From: a bacterium | GTDB lineage: Bacteria; Hinthialibacterota; Hinthialibacteria; Hinthialibacterales; Hinthialibacteraceae | Length of the DNA stretch: 64,000 nucleotides | Direction: 5' to 3' | Assembly: GCA_963663405.2 (NCBI GenBank) | Contig: CAXXSM010000036.1 | Coordinates: 32,001-96,000, forward strand | In this document: one piece after another, positions 29,910-40,994 of the stretch | Layout of the letters: each line of letters starts with the position of its first letter | Position numbering within the stretch: position 1 is the stretch's first letter | The notes under the pieces: generated by a model | Database searches by the model: none | What the model was told of the DNA's origin: nothing | The model's input: only the letters and a program-made list of their open reading frames with translations | Translations under genes and position numbers: made by a program

Positions 29910-30887
29910 TTACAACCCTCTCTCCGGCGCCAAGGCCGATTGTTGGATGAAGAGATAAATCAAGAAGAACAACCATCCTGTTGTAAAAATAATGGCGGCC
30001 CAAAGAGCCCATTTCATGGTCTTTCTTGGTTGCGCTGGAACATTTCTTTCAGCCGTGTTTCTTTGCTGTAATGCTTCAATTGATGGCAAGACAGGTATGG
30101 ATTCTTCCCTCCGTGTTAGATCCCCGATTTCCAATAAGACCACTGTGATATTATCAGACGAGCCGTTCTGATAGGCTAACCGAGTCAGATTTTCGGCGGC
30201 GGTTTGCAGATCCGGGGTGGCGGTTGTATATTTCCAAATCTCATAGGGAGAGACTAAAAAATCAACAACACTGCCGGTTAAGCCATCGCTGCAAAAAAGA
30301 AAACACTCCCCTCCGAAAAGGGGAATCTCATTAATATCCGCTTTTATGTTCGATTCAGGGCCTAAACACTGCAGCAGAGCGGACGCCATGTAGTGTAATC
30401 CCGCGTCATCTCGAACTTGATCGAGTGTGTATAGGCCCCGGTCGATCGCGTCCTGGATCGCAGTGTGATCACGTGTTCGCTGGATTGCGCCTTTTTCTTC
30501 AATCTGATACACCCGGCTATCGCCGATGTTTGCGATCCAGAGAGACTGGTCTGTCACTATCCCCAACGCCAACGTGGTTCCCATTTCTTTGAGGTTTGGA
30601 TCTTCGGCGCTTTTTTCTTTCATGTGGCGTTGGATCGTGTGGATCGTATCCCTTATCCAGGTTTCCACCTGGTTATTATCCGCAGGGGGTGTTTCAATCT
30701 GTTTCGTGATCACATCGATCGCGAGTTGGCTGGCGATCTGTCCACCCGCGTGTCCTCCCATTCCATCACAGACCGCCACGAGACCCCGAATTCCTCCACG
30801 GGGCGTCTCATACATTTCGCAGATATAATTGTCTTGATTTTCGTCTCTGCGTCCTGTTATGGTGGTTCCAACACATTCGATTTTCAT
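29910..30887 (-). CDS. PP2C-family Ser/Thr phosphatase with C-terminal TM helix
   Basis: RDENQD, VCDGMGGH, MGTT, NIGDSR, CSDGL, SSDNIT. Confidence 0.95.
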   Translation of the reverse strand: MKIECVGTTITGRRDENQDNYICEMYETPRGGIRGLVAVCDGMGGHAGGQIASQLAIDVITKQIETPPADNNQVETWIRDTIHTIQRHMKEKSAEDPNLKEMGTTLALGIVTDQSLWIANIGDSRVYQIEEKGAIQRTRDHTAIQDAIDRGLYTLDQVRDDAGLHYMASALLQCLGPESNIKADINEIPLFGGECFLFCSDGLTGSVVDFLVSPYEIWKYTTATPDLQTAAENLTRLAYQNGSSDNITVVLLEIGDLTRREESIPVLPSIEALQQRNTAERNVPAQPRKTMKWALWAAIIFTTGWLFFLIYLFIQQSALAPERGL

Positions 30888-30896
30888 CCCTTGATC

Positions 30897-31895
30897 CTAT
30901 TTCTCATGGTAGATCAACGCGGCGTGTCCCATCTCGATCCGGTCTCCATCTTTCAACTCCCGGCATTCATTCGCCTCCATTCGTTCGTGGTTGAGAATGG
31001 TCGCGTTGCGGTCGGGATCGTATGGGTCGGGGATGTTTTCAAGGATATATTTACCATCAAAAAATTGCAGTTTAGCTTGGTGACTCGATACGGTGGGATC
31101 GTTCAATTGAATGTGCGATAAAGGAGGACCTGGCAGACGGCCTAGTGTATACTCCGGTGTCTGGTTGACCGATCCCTGGGGACGAATCAAACGGATTTCT
31201 TTTAGCTCAGAACCACCGGCCACTTCGAACCATCCCGGCAGGATTTTCACTGTACCCGCCTGGATCGCTTCTTCTTTCGCCACTGGAGCTGTGATTTTCT
31301 GGGTATGATCGGCGACTGTCACGACCGCCGTGCTGTCAAAATGGGGAAGCGGGGAGCCGGACCAGCCCCCCAGCAGTAATACGATTAATAAAATCAATAC
31401 GACCACAACCGCTCCAATCAAGCCGATCAAGTACCAATTCGCGCCGGTTTCCTCTTCCTGTGGGGTGGATTCCTGCGTCGATTCTTCCGCTGGAACGATT
31501 GGCGCCGGCGCTGGAGTGGTTTCAACTACGGCGGGTTGCGGGGCCGGGGAAGCGTCCAGCGCCTCCCGTTTGTTTTCCATAATTAAATAGGAACTCGCCG
31601 CTTGCTCGAACGCCACGTATCCTTCAACCCGGTATCGTTTATTGAGTTCAGGATGGCGTTCGCTCTTTGAAATGATGATGATCTTATCCCCCCAATTATC
31701 CTTGAGTTCATAGGCGATCGTGTTTTCGGCTTTTCCCTTATCCCATCGCTCGATTAATCCTTCCACCGTCACGTAAGCGTTCACCAATTGGCCGTCATTG
31801 ATCTGTTTGACGATCCGTTCATTTTCTTCGCAGTGGATGGGATTAATCAGAAATATAACAAGAAATAGAAAAAAAACAGACAAAAAACCTCTCAT
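30897..31895 (-). CDS. Membrane-anchored FHA-domain protein
   Basis: Signal peptide, Pro/Ala linker, TM helix, then LGR...DPTVSSHQA...NAT...LKDGDRIEMG. Confidence 0.85.
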   Translation of the reverse strand: MRGFLSVFFLFLVIFLINPIHCEENERIVKQINDGQLVNAYVTVEGLIERWDKGKAENTIAYELKDNWGDKIIIISKSERHPELNKRYRVEGYVAFEQAASSYLIMENKREALDASPAPQPAVVETTPAPAPIVPAEESTQESTPQEEETGANWYLIGLIGAVVVVLILLIVLLLGGWSGSPLPHFDSTAVVTVADHTQKITAPVAKEEAIQAGTVKILPGWFEVAGGSELKEIRLIRPQGSVNQTPEYTLGRLPGPPLSHIQLNDPTVSSHQAKLQFFDGKYILENIPDPYDPDRNATILNHERMEANECRELKDGDRIEMGHAALIYHEK

Positions 31896-32063
31896 GAATC
31901 TCTCCTTTATTTTGTAAAAATCGCTCGAACGCTACGTCCCATTTTTCGCGCTGTTTATAAATAACAATACTTGCGCCGCCGTGTTTTTAAAATCCCTGCA
32001 TGATTCCATGTTTTTACTATGCTTTGAGATTAAATTCTGGTTAAAAAGAAAGATCCTAAGCGC

Positions 32064-34307
32064 TCATTCCAGTGTATAGCCGATCCGCAGTGTTCCCAGC
32101 CATTGTTTTTCCTGGTAGACAGCCGTTGTCATTTCATGGATTGTCTTTTCGTTCCAGGTATGGGTTTCGTAAAGAAAGTATGGATTCTGGTTGGCTTTGG
32201 TATTGTTGAGAATTACGTCAGGAATGCTGGGCGGTTCGGTGTGAAGGATTTCGATTGCCCCGTCTTGTTTTTTTCTTCCCGCCACGATTATATACTCCGG
32301 CTCCGCCAGCCACGCGCGGGCGTTGAGAGTGGCTTTTACCCAATTGTCCCATGTCAGTGATTGCGCTTTAAAAACCCGCCCGAGTGTTTTAGTCATTTGT
32401 GATCCGCATGTATACGCTAAATGCGTTTTCAGCGCCAACCAAGTTTTTTCATTCATCGGCTCGCTTTGGATCTGCCTTACCATGGATTGTTCTTCCAGCG
32501 CCCGGAGCCGGTTGTCGTAACAGAACACAACTGCGCCTTTCGCTTCGCCTTTTCTTGCAGGAACGATGATCGCCGCCACCCGGAAACGTTCTTCTTCCCA
32601 ATCCACCCAAATTGGATTATTGATCCGTGAGAGATCCAGATGACGCATGGAAGGATATAAAACGCGCAGGTTTTTCCCCTCAAGTTCCGGAGCCGTTGAA
32701 AAAACAATCACACCGGCGCTGTCAATAAAACCGATCCAGCGCACGTCTTCCATGTCTTGGTATTCTTTTGTTATTTCCTCAAATTCACTACGCTTTTTCA
32801 CACTGGGCAGAACGGAAGCGAGGGAGCGCGCTGCGATTCCATGCCAATAGCCTTTCCAGAACAGGGGAAGATGCAGCCATAAAGAATTGTTCCACGGTGG
32901 AATCCGCAGACGGTTGTAGAGGATCGATTCCGCAGACGAGAATTGAAATTCTCCGCTATACGCTCTTGCTTGAATTCCCAGCAGTTCATCATCTCCCTCC
33001 GCTCTCGCGCCGTGAGTGTATAACCATTTCGCTGATAACCTTGCCCCGGCGTAATCAAAGATCGCCAATTGGCAATTCAGTATCTTTTCATAAACCGCTT
33101 CGGAGGGTTGGATTTTGATAGCCTGTTCATAATACTGAATTGCTTCGTAAGGCTTTTCTTTATCCATCAACAAGTCTGCCAGACGCTCATAATACTTAGG
33201 CGATCTTTTTTTCCCCGTATCGCTTTCTCTCAGAATTTCTTGCAGCCGGTCTAGAATTTGTATACTTCTGGATACATCAATGTCTAAGTATGTGCCCTGC
33301 GCCCATTCTCGCATGGATTCCAAAAAAGGCGTTAAATTCGTTATAGAATAACGTGTCAGGAGCGTGTTCATTACAGCGTCCACATCCCCTGTTTCTTCTA
33401 TTGTCCCAAGAGCCGCCGCCCATTCCCGTTCTCTCCATTTTTGTAAAACATCGTCAACCGGTGTGGCGGTTATGTCATGGTGGAATTCATACGGGGGGGA
33501 TTGGATTGTGATCTGATACGTCCGTTCTTTGGAGCCGGGATTCCAGTCCCGATCCACAAATGTCAAATGGTAGAGATTCTCTTCCGGGGATTCGTTTTTT
33601 TTGAGTGAAACAATCCCGTTCACCGCTTGGGGCGTATCGGGGAAATAGCGTTCGAGAGGCATGGACGCGCCTTCGCTCCATGTGGCGTTTTCAATGGTTG
33701 AAGAAGGAAACGCGATCGTAATGTCTGTTTCTTTTAGGTTGGTGATGGGTTTCTTGTTTTTTCCGGATAGACGGAATTGAATGGAGAGGATAGGAAAGTT
33801 CTCGCCGCTTTCTTCTGTTACGATTATTGTTTCTGGAACATCCGGTGTTTTTATCGTCTCGGCCGCAGTAAGCTTCGGGGTTTGTTTCTCGGTGGTCTCG
33901 GCAGAACCGGGTGTGTCTATTTCCTGTTTTTCTGGTTCTATTTGACTCGATTGTTCCGGTATCTCTTCCTCCGGCGCTGTGGATGTGTCAAAAGTGGGGG
34001 GAACTTCTCCATCTGTAAATTCGAACGTCATAGTGGAACTGGCAATCTGTTCCCGTTGCGCTTCAGGTTGTTTAAGTGAGTAGGGGATCTCATCATCTGT
34101 GTTCATAATTAATCCGGTTGGTTCAAGAATTACCCCGGCGCCTTCCGAAGCTGTATCGATGGGCGCTTTTGGAGAATTCGTTTGACAGGAAATCGAAAGA
34201 AAGGCGCTGATACAAACGCAAGCAACAAATAGATTTCGTTTTCGATTATACCTTATTTTATTCTCTTTCATCCTTTGCCTTATCCTTAGTCCGGTTCTAT
34301 TTTTCAT
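32064..34307 (-). CDS. TPR-containing probable lipoprotein; start may be internal
   Basis: LSISC lipobox-like motif, acidic linker, YERLADLL...EAIQYYEQAIKIQP TPR. Confidence 0.65.
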   Translation of the reverse strand: MKNRTGLRIRQRMKENKIRYNRKRNLFVACVCISAFLSISCQTNSPKAPIDTASEGAGVILEPTGLIMNTDDEIPYSLKQPEAQREQIASSTMTFEFTDGEVPPTFDTSTAPEEEIPEQSSQIEPEKQEIDTPGSAETTEKQTPKLTAAETIKTPDVPETIIVTEESGENFPILSIQFRLSGKNKKPITNLKETDITIAFPSSTIENATWSEGASMPLERYFPDTPQAVNGIVSLKKNESPEENLYHLTFVDRDWNPGSKERTYQITIQSPPYEFHHDITATPVDDVLQKWREREWAAALGTIEETGDVDAVMNTLLTRYSITNLTPFLESMREWAQGTYLDIDVSRSIQILDRLQEILRESDTGKKRSPKYYERLADLLMDKEKPYEAIQYYEQAIKIQPSEAVYEKILNCQLAIFDYAGARLSAKWLYTHGARAEGDDELLGIQARAYSGEFQFSSAESILYNRLRIPPWNNSLWLHLPLFWKGYWHGIAARSLASVLPSVKKRSEFEEITKEYQDMEDVRWIGFIDSAGVIVFSTAPELEGKNLRVLYPSMRHLDLSRINNPIWVDWEEERFRVAAIIVPARKGEAKGAVVFCYDNRLRALEEQSMVRQIQSEPMNEKTWLALKTHLAYTCGSQMTKTLGRVFKAQSLTWDNWVKATLNARAWLAEPEYIIVAGRKKQDGAIEILHTEPPSIPDVILNNTKANQNPYFLYETHTWNEKTIHEMTTAVYQEKQWLGTLRIGYTLE

Positions 34308-34602
34308 GTTTAATATTGGTATAGAGTCCCCGGTCGACGGCTCTCGCCAAGTCTCTTAAGGAATTAGAGAGTTCTCTTGGAGAGATGCGTCCTTTGACTT
34401 TTACCACAATCGGCCAGGCGCTATCGGCGTAATCTTCTCCAACCGAAAGGCAGAGAGCCGTTTCTCCCTCAATTTTCATTTTCGAAGGTCCTCGTGAGAG
34501 CGCCCGTGGCACAGCGTCTTCTTTCGGCGCTGCGACATAAATCATAACAAGTGGTCCCGCTCCTGGTTCTGTGCGCTTTGTCTTCGATTCTTTTGATTTC
34601 AT
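34297..34602 (-). CDS. Hypothetical protein
   Basis: 101-aa ORF with AGGT upstream, co-oriented with the operon. Confidence 0.5.
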   Translation of the reverse strand: MKSKESKTKRTEPGAGPLVMIYVAAPKEDAVPRALSRGPSKMKIEGETALCLSVGEDYADSAWPIVVKVKGRISPRELSNSLRDLARAVDRGLYTNIKHEK

Positions 34603-35015
34603 TAATTTACCCTGTTTTTACATTCAAGCCCTTTCCATCCTACAGAATGGGGGATTGAAAAAAATCTGTTGATTTATGTTCCTCGATGGAACAGGAACAA
34701 CCATAACATGACGATTCGGCTGCAATTGAGGTCACTATTGATGGCTAACACGAAAGCCTTTTTAGGAATTCTTTTAAAAACATGAAAAACCGCCATTAAT
34801 AAACCTGAATTACCGCCAATATATTATAGTATATAATATTCTTTCCTTTGAAATATTTTCCCATTTTTAGGCGTATCTTTTATCAACGATACCATCATGA
34901 ATGAGATCGCAACTTGCAAATGCTAATGAGTTGTGATAGTGAATTCGTATGCGATAGTTTTGGAAACTCATTTTCATCATAAATCTTATCCCAAAAAAGA
35001 TCGAGGAATTTTACA

Positions 35016-35972
35016 GTGAGCCAACATATGTACGATGAATTTAACAGACAATTAATAGAAATTGAAGAACGGCGGCGGCAGAAGAAAAAAATCGGCGAAC
35101 GCTTAAAACAGGCGCAAATCCAGCTGAACTCGGAACAGGACCGCCTTTCGGCGCTGCAGGAGCGGTTGGATAAAGAGGAAGGCGATGTGAAAAAACTGGA
35201 AGGAATGAGCCTCGCCTCGATGTTCTATTCTGTGTTGGGTGGGAAAGACGAGAAACTGAAGAAAGAACGGCAGGAATTTCTCGCGGCCAAGCTTCAATAT
35301 GATGAATGCGCCGAATCGGTTCAGGCCCTGCAGGATGAGACGGAGGCGCTTACAAATCAGTGGAACGGCTTCAGCAATCTGGAATCAGAATATCAATTGA
35401 TCCTCAATCAGAAAGAACAAGTCCTGTCACAATCAAACAGCGGCAGCGCGCGGCGCTTGGTTGCTTTGACGGAAGAATTCGCGGATATACGGTCGGATGC
35501 GCGCGAAATCAAGGAAGCGATCCAAGCGGGAAACGCCGCCCTGCGGTCGCTCAATCAAGTCGTGAATTCGTTGAACAGCGCCCGGAATTGGGGAATCGGC
35601 GATATGATCGGCGGAGGCTTGATCGTGACGGCGATCAAACATTCCAAAATCGATTCCGCCCGGTCGGAAGCCAATCAGGCTCAACGGCTCCTGCGAAATT
35701 TTCAACGTGAGCTCGCCGATGTGCAGGATGAACCGCATTCCAACCTAACCGTTGAAATCGGCGGTTTTACGAAATTCGCGGATTATTTCTTTGATGGATT
35801 GATCTTTGATTGGATGGTTCAATCCCGCATTAACCGCTCCCGCCAAGAAGCGGAAAAAGTGTTATCAAAGTTGGAGCAAACAATCCAGCGGCTGCGAGCC
35901 CGTGAAACACAGATCAATCAACGTGTTGATGAATTGGATCGAACCCGGACAACGCTGATCAAAAACGCATAG
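35016..35972 (+). CDS. Coiled-coil hypothetical protein
   Basis: GAGG RBS; long heptad-rich helices; WGIGDMIGGG and FADYFFDGLIFDW segments. Confidence 0.75.
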   Translation: MSQHMYDEFNRQLIEIEERRRQKKKIGERLKQAQIQLNSEQDRLSALQERLDKEEGDVKKLEGMSLASMFYSVLGGKDEKLKKERQEFLAAKLQYDECAESVQALQDETEALTNQWNGFSNLESEYQLILNQKEQVLSQSNSGSARRLVALTEEFADIRSDAREIKEAIQAGNAALRSLNQVVNSLNSARNWGIGDMIGGGLIVTAIKHSKIDSARSEANQAQRLLRNFQRELADVQDEPHSNLTVEIGGFTKFADYFFDGLIFDWMVQSRINRSRQEAEKVLSKLEQTIQRLRARETQINQRVDELDRTRTTLIKNA

Positions 35973-36256
35973 GTGTTTCATCTACAATTTGATTCGAAAA
36001 TCGAACATTCGAATCCTTCCACTGTCTTTGATATCTGACCGGCTCCAGTTCCTCCACTAATACTGACAAACAATTCCAATCCCATGCCTGATCCTTGAAT
36101 CAAGATAATTTCCTCGTATTTCGATTTATGTGAAATAATAAAAATACCTGCTTTGTACTCATTCTACTCGTGTCTGCGTAGTATATAGTAAGAACTATAG
36201 TTCCCACGAAACCAACTTAGATATCGTATCCATTCAGGATAGCTCAATATGCTATT

Positions 36257-38041
36257 ATGGAGGTATATTGTCATGTGCCAGCGTTTGTTCAATGCAGTTT
36301 CCATCTTTTATTTTGCTTGTGTGATGTCTTGTGTTTTTGGACGATGCGAATCACATATCCAAAAGGATTTGTCGCCGTGGCGAATGGGGATCTGCTGAAC
36401 CGGGAAGAGAAAAACGATTGGATTCGAGACGAATGGAAATCCCTATCTATATCGCCGGGCATGCCCTATCTTTTCGCCGGGCCGTACAAAACCGCGAAAT
36501 GGACGGATAATGGGATGACCTTCGAGATCTACATCGCGGATGAAAATCGCTTAAAAATGACAGTCGATCAGTTCGAGATCTACGCCCGCATTTTCCAATA
36601 CGGTTCGGAGTTATATGGAGAACCAGCGCGCCCGGTTTACCGTTTAGTGGGCAGCGCCGTCGCCGGAGTGGCGAATTCAATCACCAATGGGCATATCATT
36701 GAAATGTATCGATTGGAGGATATACGTGTGAACGCGCATGAGATGGCGCATACCTGGTGGGGTGGCTTAGTATCGACCTATGGAGAGGGCGGCGAATTTC
36801 TCAGCGAAGCCCTGGCGGAATTCACAGCCCGATGGATATTGAATGTGATGGAAAAAGATCAGGATTATTATAATATTCTGGATGGAACAATTATTGGTTG
36901 GAAGCAAAGACGATATTGCGCTTATCTTCCTGCGGACAACTATGATCCCCATAATTTTTCCCGCTTGATCGTCCCAGCAAATACCAATTTTAGACAGGCT
37001 TCAGTAAGACATTGGGGCGTTCTGGTGGTGAACCAGATCCGTCAGGTTCTTGGAGATGATGTCTTCTTCCGATGTATGAGAACGTTCGTGGATACCTTCA
37101 GGGGACGTCAGGCCTGTATCGAGGATTTCTTCCACACAATTAAAACGGTCTCTGGAACAGATTGGACTCCATTGCTGAAAGGAATGTTGTATACATCGGG
37201 ATTCGCCAGTTACCGGGTAACTGGATTGGAATCCAATAAACACAGTGATGGCTATCGAACAACAGTACGGATCGTGAATAAGGGAGAAATTGGATTGCCC
37301 TGCCCCATGCTGCTAAAAACGGTTGGAGGAGAGAATCGAAAGACGATCGCCGTGGAAGCTGGGCAGGAGATGGAATTCACCTATACGACATCGCATCGGG
37401 TCCTCGATGCTATCATTGATCCGGAGATGACGACGGTTCTGCAATACCACCCGGTTCAGAAACTGTGTCTCTATAAAAAAATGCTGGAGACGATGGATGG
37501 CTATGGCAACAACGAGGCGTACGGGGCGTCATATTTACACTATGCGCAAGGCGCCTTTGACAAGGCCGTGGAACCCGTCACAGATTATTTGAACGATCGA
37601 ATGAAAGATAATCATGTCAACAGTATCGAAGAATACGTGAAGAATCATGGTTGCAATGAGTATGTTTTCATGCGTGGAATCTTCCACCTGGCGGCAGGCG
37701 ATTCCGAACAGGCGGAAAAGGATATCAAAATCGCTTTCCCGCAGATGCTGGACGCGCTGGAACATGACGGAGCCGTAAGCGCGCCCAATCACTACTATCA
37801 AACCGGTACGATTCAAAAGAAGGACTTAAATGAATATCTGAGCCTGCTGGGATTGATCGCTGGACGCGAATTTTCCTTTGATGAGGGGATGAAGGATGAA
37901 GCAAAAATCGAGAAAATCAAGGAATGGAAAGAATGGTGGGAACAAAAAGGCAAGCAGAGAAAACTCGATTTGAAACCAATCCACAAACGATTTGAAGCCC
38001 AGCGTTTGGCGTTCCGCAATAGCGTGAACCTGACCGATTGA
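36257..38041 (+). CDS. M1-like (gluzincin) metallopeptidase, probably N-terminally truncated
   Basis: HEMAH-x18-E (EALAE); RQVLGDDVFFRCMRTFV; plausible homology starts only near 36343 and there is no signal peptide. Confidence 0.7.
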   Translation: MEVYCHVPAFVQCSFHLLFCLCDVLCFWTMRITYPKGFVAVANGDLLNREEKNDWIRDEWKSLSISPGMPYLFAGPYKTAKWTDNGMTFEIYIADENRLKMTVDQFEIYARIFQYGSELYGEPARPVYRLVGSAVAGVANSITNGHIIEMYRLEDIRVNAHEMAHTWWGGLVSTYGEGGEFLSEALAEFTARWILNVMEKDQDYYNILDGTIIGWKQRRYCAYLPADNYDPHNFSRLIVPANTNFRQASVRHWGVLVVNQIRQVLGDDVFFRCMRTFVDTFRGRQACIEDFFHTIKTVSGTDWTPLLKGMLYTSGFASYRVTGLESNKHSDGYRTTVRIVNKGEIGLPCPMLLKTVGGENRKTIAVEAGQEMEFTYTTSHRVLDAIIDPEMTTVLQYHPVQKLCLYKKMLETMDGYGNNEAYGASYLHYAQGAFDKAVEPVTDYLNDRMKDNHVNSIEEYVKNHGCNEYVFMRGIFHLAAGDSEQAEKDIKIAFPQMLDALEHDGAVSAPNHYYQTGTIQKKDLNEYLSLLGLIAGREFSFDEGMKDEAKIEKIKEWKEWWEQKGKQRKLDLKPIHKRFEAQRLAFRNSVNLTD

Positions 38042-38257
38042 AAAACGCTAAATGAATGCGGAAGGAATAAAACTAGCTTATTCATTCTGAATAATAGTGA
38101 GAGAATATAAGTATCTTACTTAACATATCCTGCTGAATATCTCCTGTGAATCCAAAAATCCTCAATCAGCCCATATGAGTTGAATCGCAACACTTTCCTG
38201 CCATCCCCAACCTATGGTACCATTCCAGAATAATAAAAAACAAGGAATGAATAATCA

Positions 38258-39199
38258 ATGAGTGAAAAGTTAATCCTTTCGTATGGGGAGACCTTGTGGG
38301 ATTTGTTGCCCGCTGGGCCGGAACTGGGAGGCGCGCCATTTAACTTCGCCTACCGCGCGCGGTCGTTGGGGGATAGGGGGATCATTATCACCCGCTTGAA
38401 TCAAGACACATTAGGCCGTGACGCTTACGAGCGCATGTTGAATCTGGGGATGGAGACCACCTTCGTCCAATGGGATGAATCAGCGCCCACGGGAACCGTT
38501 GAGATTGCCCTCGACGAAAATGGAGAGCCGGATTATTACATCGTGCCCAATGTCGCGTACGACAACATTGAATTGAATGAGCCGTTGCTCTTGATCGCTT
38601 CCCAAGCGGATTGCCTCTGCTTTGGCACACTCGTTCAACGCGCCGCCACATCTCGAAAAACGCTAATGCGCGTACTTGATGAGTGCGGAGAGTGTTTAAA
38701 GGTTCTCGATATCAACCTGCGAAAGAATTGTTATACTAAAGAAACAATCTCCGAATCGTTGGAACGGGCGGATATCTTAAAATTGAACGAACAAGAAGCT
38801 CCGTTTACCGCTGAACTCTTCGGTTTTTCCTCAGATTCTATTCCTGCATTCTGTGCGGCCGCGATTGAGAAATGGTCTCTTTCACACTGCATGGTCACAC
38901 TGGGTGAAAAAGGCGCTTTCGCCGCGTCCGCAGACGGAACGCAAGTGTACGATCCTGGCTATGCGGTTGGATTAACGGATCCTTGTGGATCGGGTGACGC
39001 GTTCACAGCAGGTTTCATTTATCGTTTGCTCCGGGAACATCCCCTTCATGAATGTTGCGCGCTCGGAAACGCCTTGGGCGCGATGGTGGCTACACATTCC
39101 GGCGCTACAACTCCCATTGAACAAGCGGAAATCGACCATTTTTTAAAGAGTGACCGCAAACGGATTGTTGAATCTTCTCTGGAAAAATATCGAGTTTAG
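38258..39199 (+). CDS. PfkB-family carbohydrate kinase (fructokinase-like)
   Basis: GGAPFNFA, DINLR, KLNEQE, VTLGEKGA, DPCGSGDAFTAGF. Confidence 0.9.
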   Translation: MSEKLILSYGETLWDLLPAGPELGGAPFNFAYRARSLGDRGIIITRLNQDTLGRDAYERMLNLGMETTFVQWDESAPTGTVEIALDENGEPDYYIVPNVAYDNIELNEPLLLIASQADCLCFGTLVQRAATSRKTLMRVLDECGECLKVLDINLRKNCYTKETISESLERADILKLNEQEAPFTAELFGFSSDSIPAFCAAAIEKWSLSHCMVTLGEKGAFAASADGTQVYDPGYAVGLTDPCGSGDAFTAGFIYRLLREHPLHECCALGNALGAMVATHSGATTPIEQAEIDHFLKSDRKRIVESSLEKYRV

Positions 39200-39227
39200 G
39201 AGTAAGAAAGTTTTTCCGGTTATAACT

Positions 39228-39548
39228 ATGACGAAAACGGCGTTGACAGATCCCAGCCACTGGGTTGAACGATATGGAGATTCTCTGTATCGTTACGCGC
39301 TCCTGCGGCTGCAGAGCAGGGAACTGGCGGAGGATTTGATCCAGGAAACATTCGCCGCGGCGTTGCGGAACCGTTCTTCTTTTTCCGGTCATTCGTCAGA
39401 ACGCACATGGTTGATCGGGATTTTAAAGCATAAAATAGTGGATTACCTGCGCGCGAAATATCGCGAACAATCAAATGTGGCTTTGTCCGTTGAAATGGAT
39501 CGTCTTCGTACCCGACCTTTTACTATAACGCCGCTGGCGAGACCATAA
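39228..39548 (+). pseudogene. Truncated ECF sigma-70 factor (region 2 only)
   Basis: YGDSLYRYALLRL..AEDLIQETF...FSGHSSERTWLIGILKHKIVDY, then an early stop; no region 4 follows. Confidence 0.75.
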
Positions 39549-39657
39549 GTTCTTCTCTTTACATTGGATTATAGACATGCTATACAAAAAGCCTGTATGG
39601 ATGTTTAATCTGATCTCAAATCGGATATTGATAAGATTGTAATGTAAGGAGATTAAA

Positions 39658-40920
39658 ATGATTTGTGTATGGTTGAAAGACAAAATGAATTCTGTTTCGT
39701 CTATTCTATTTATCTCTTTATTTACTGTGGTTTCAGCGAATGCTGATGTCTCACGTTGGACCCATTTCACAATTGACAATCCTTTACCCGCCAAAGAGTG
39801 GGGAACCGGTGGGCCTACTATTGCGGATTATGATGGCGACGGTGATTTAGACCTTGCGCTATCCAGGCGTAGAGCCCAAACCGCCTTTTGGTATGAGTAT
39901 GTGGAAGACGCGAAGTGGATTCTGCATATTATGGGATCTTCCGAACACCTTGCCAAGACATTGGGATCAGCGGCGCTTGATATCAACCATGACGGTCATT
40001 TGGATGTCGCATTTAGTCATATCTGGTTTGAAAATCCCGGAAATTTAGCCGAAAATCCAAACGCTCCCTGGCCCGCGCATGAATACGATGGCGGTGGACA
40101 TGATGTTGTCGCGGCGGATATCAACAACGATGGCAAGGAAGATCTGGTGGCGGACCTGGGATGCGCGTGGTTCGATTCTGTGAAGAACCTTGAAAAAGTG
40201 ACTATCTGTGGTCCATTGGATATTCATGGCGGAACGGCGCCCAACGGTGTGGGCGATTTAGATGGAGATGGCGATATCGATGTCGTCACGCCGGGCCTTT
40301 GGTTTGAAAATCCAGGAAACGGGCGTGGAACATGGCGCGAACACAAATGGCCCCATACACCGATCCCAAACGCGTCGTATGGAACGAGTATCCGTTCATG
40401 GGTCGTGGATCTGAATGGGGACGGGTGGAATGATATTGTTTACAGCGATTGTGACACAGGATGGTCCCATGTCTATTGGGTGGAAAATACCGGCGAAGGC
40501 GCTGGGTGGAAACTGCATCCGCTTGCTGATCCTCCCACCGCTCCAGGTGACGTGCCCGAAACGGGATCGTTTCATTCCTTATGCGTCGCGGACTTCGACT
40601 TGGACGGCGATTTGGATATCTTCGCCGGTGAACAAGAAGATCCAGACACATACATGAAAAGCAGTGGGAAACTGGCGATGAAACCGGTTGGTTTAAAAGA
40701 ACGAGGCGTCATCTGGGAACATACTGGCTCAAAAACACAGCCTACGTTTACACCCGTCGTCATCCATACTGACAATCCCGGTTGGCATGACGCCCAAGTT
40801 GGGGATGTGGACGGCGATGGGGATATGGATATTGTGACTAAAATCTGGAATCGGGATGGGTTAACTTATCACGCAGATTTTTGGCGGAATGACAGTATTA
40901 TCAAACCGAAAAATAAATGA
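39658..40920 (+). CDS. Secreted FG-GAP/VCBS repeat protein
   Basis: Multiple DxDGDGDxD repeats, WFENPG motifs, signal-peptide-like segment. Confidence 0.85.
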   Translation: MICVWLKDKMNSVSSILFISLFTVVSANADVSRWTHFTIDNPLPAKEWGTGGPTIADYDGDGDLDLALSRRRAQTAFWYEYVEDAKWILHIMGSSEHLAKTLGSAALDINHDGHLDVAFSHIWFENPGNLAENPNAPWPAHEYDGGGHDVVAADINNDGKEDLVADLGCAWFDSVKNLEKVTICGPLDIHGGTAPNGVGDLDGDGDIDVVTPGLWFENPGNGRGTWREHKWPHTPIPNASYGTSIRSWVVDLNGDGWNDIVYSDCDTGWSHVYWVENTGEGAGWKLHPLADPPTAPGDVPETGSFHSLCVADFDLDGDLDIFAGEQEDPDTYMKSSGKLAMKPVGLKERGVIWEHTGSKTQPTFTPVVIHTDNPGWHDAQVGDVDGDGDMDIVTKIWNRDGLTYHADFWRNDSIIKPKNK

Positions 40921-40994
40921 TAGTTTAATATGAAGCATTTTTGAGAGTAAATGCCATACTGAAAACGGATATCAGATATTCAAAAGGGAATCCA

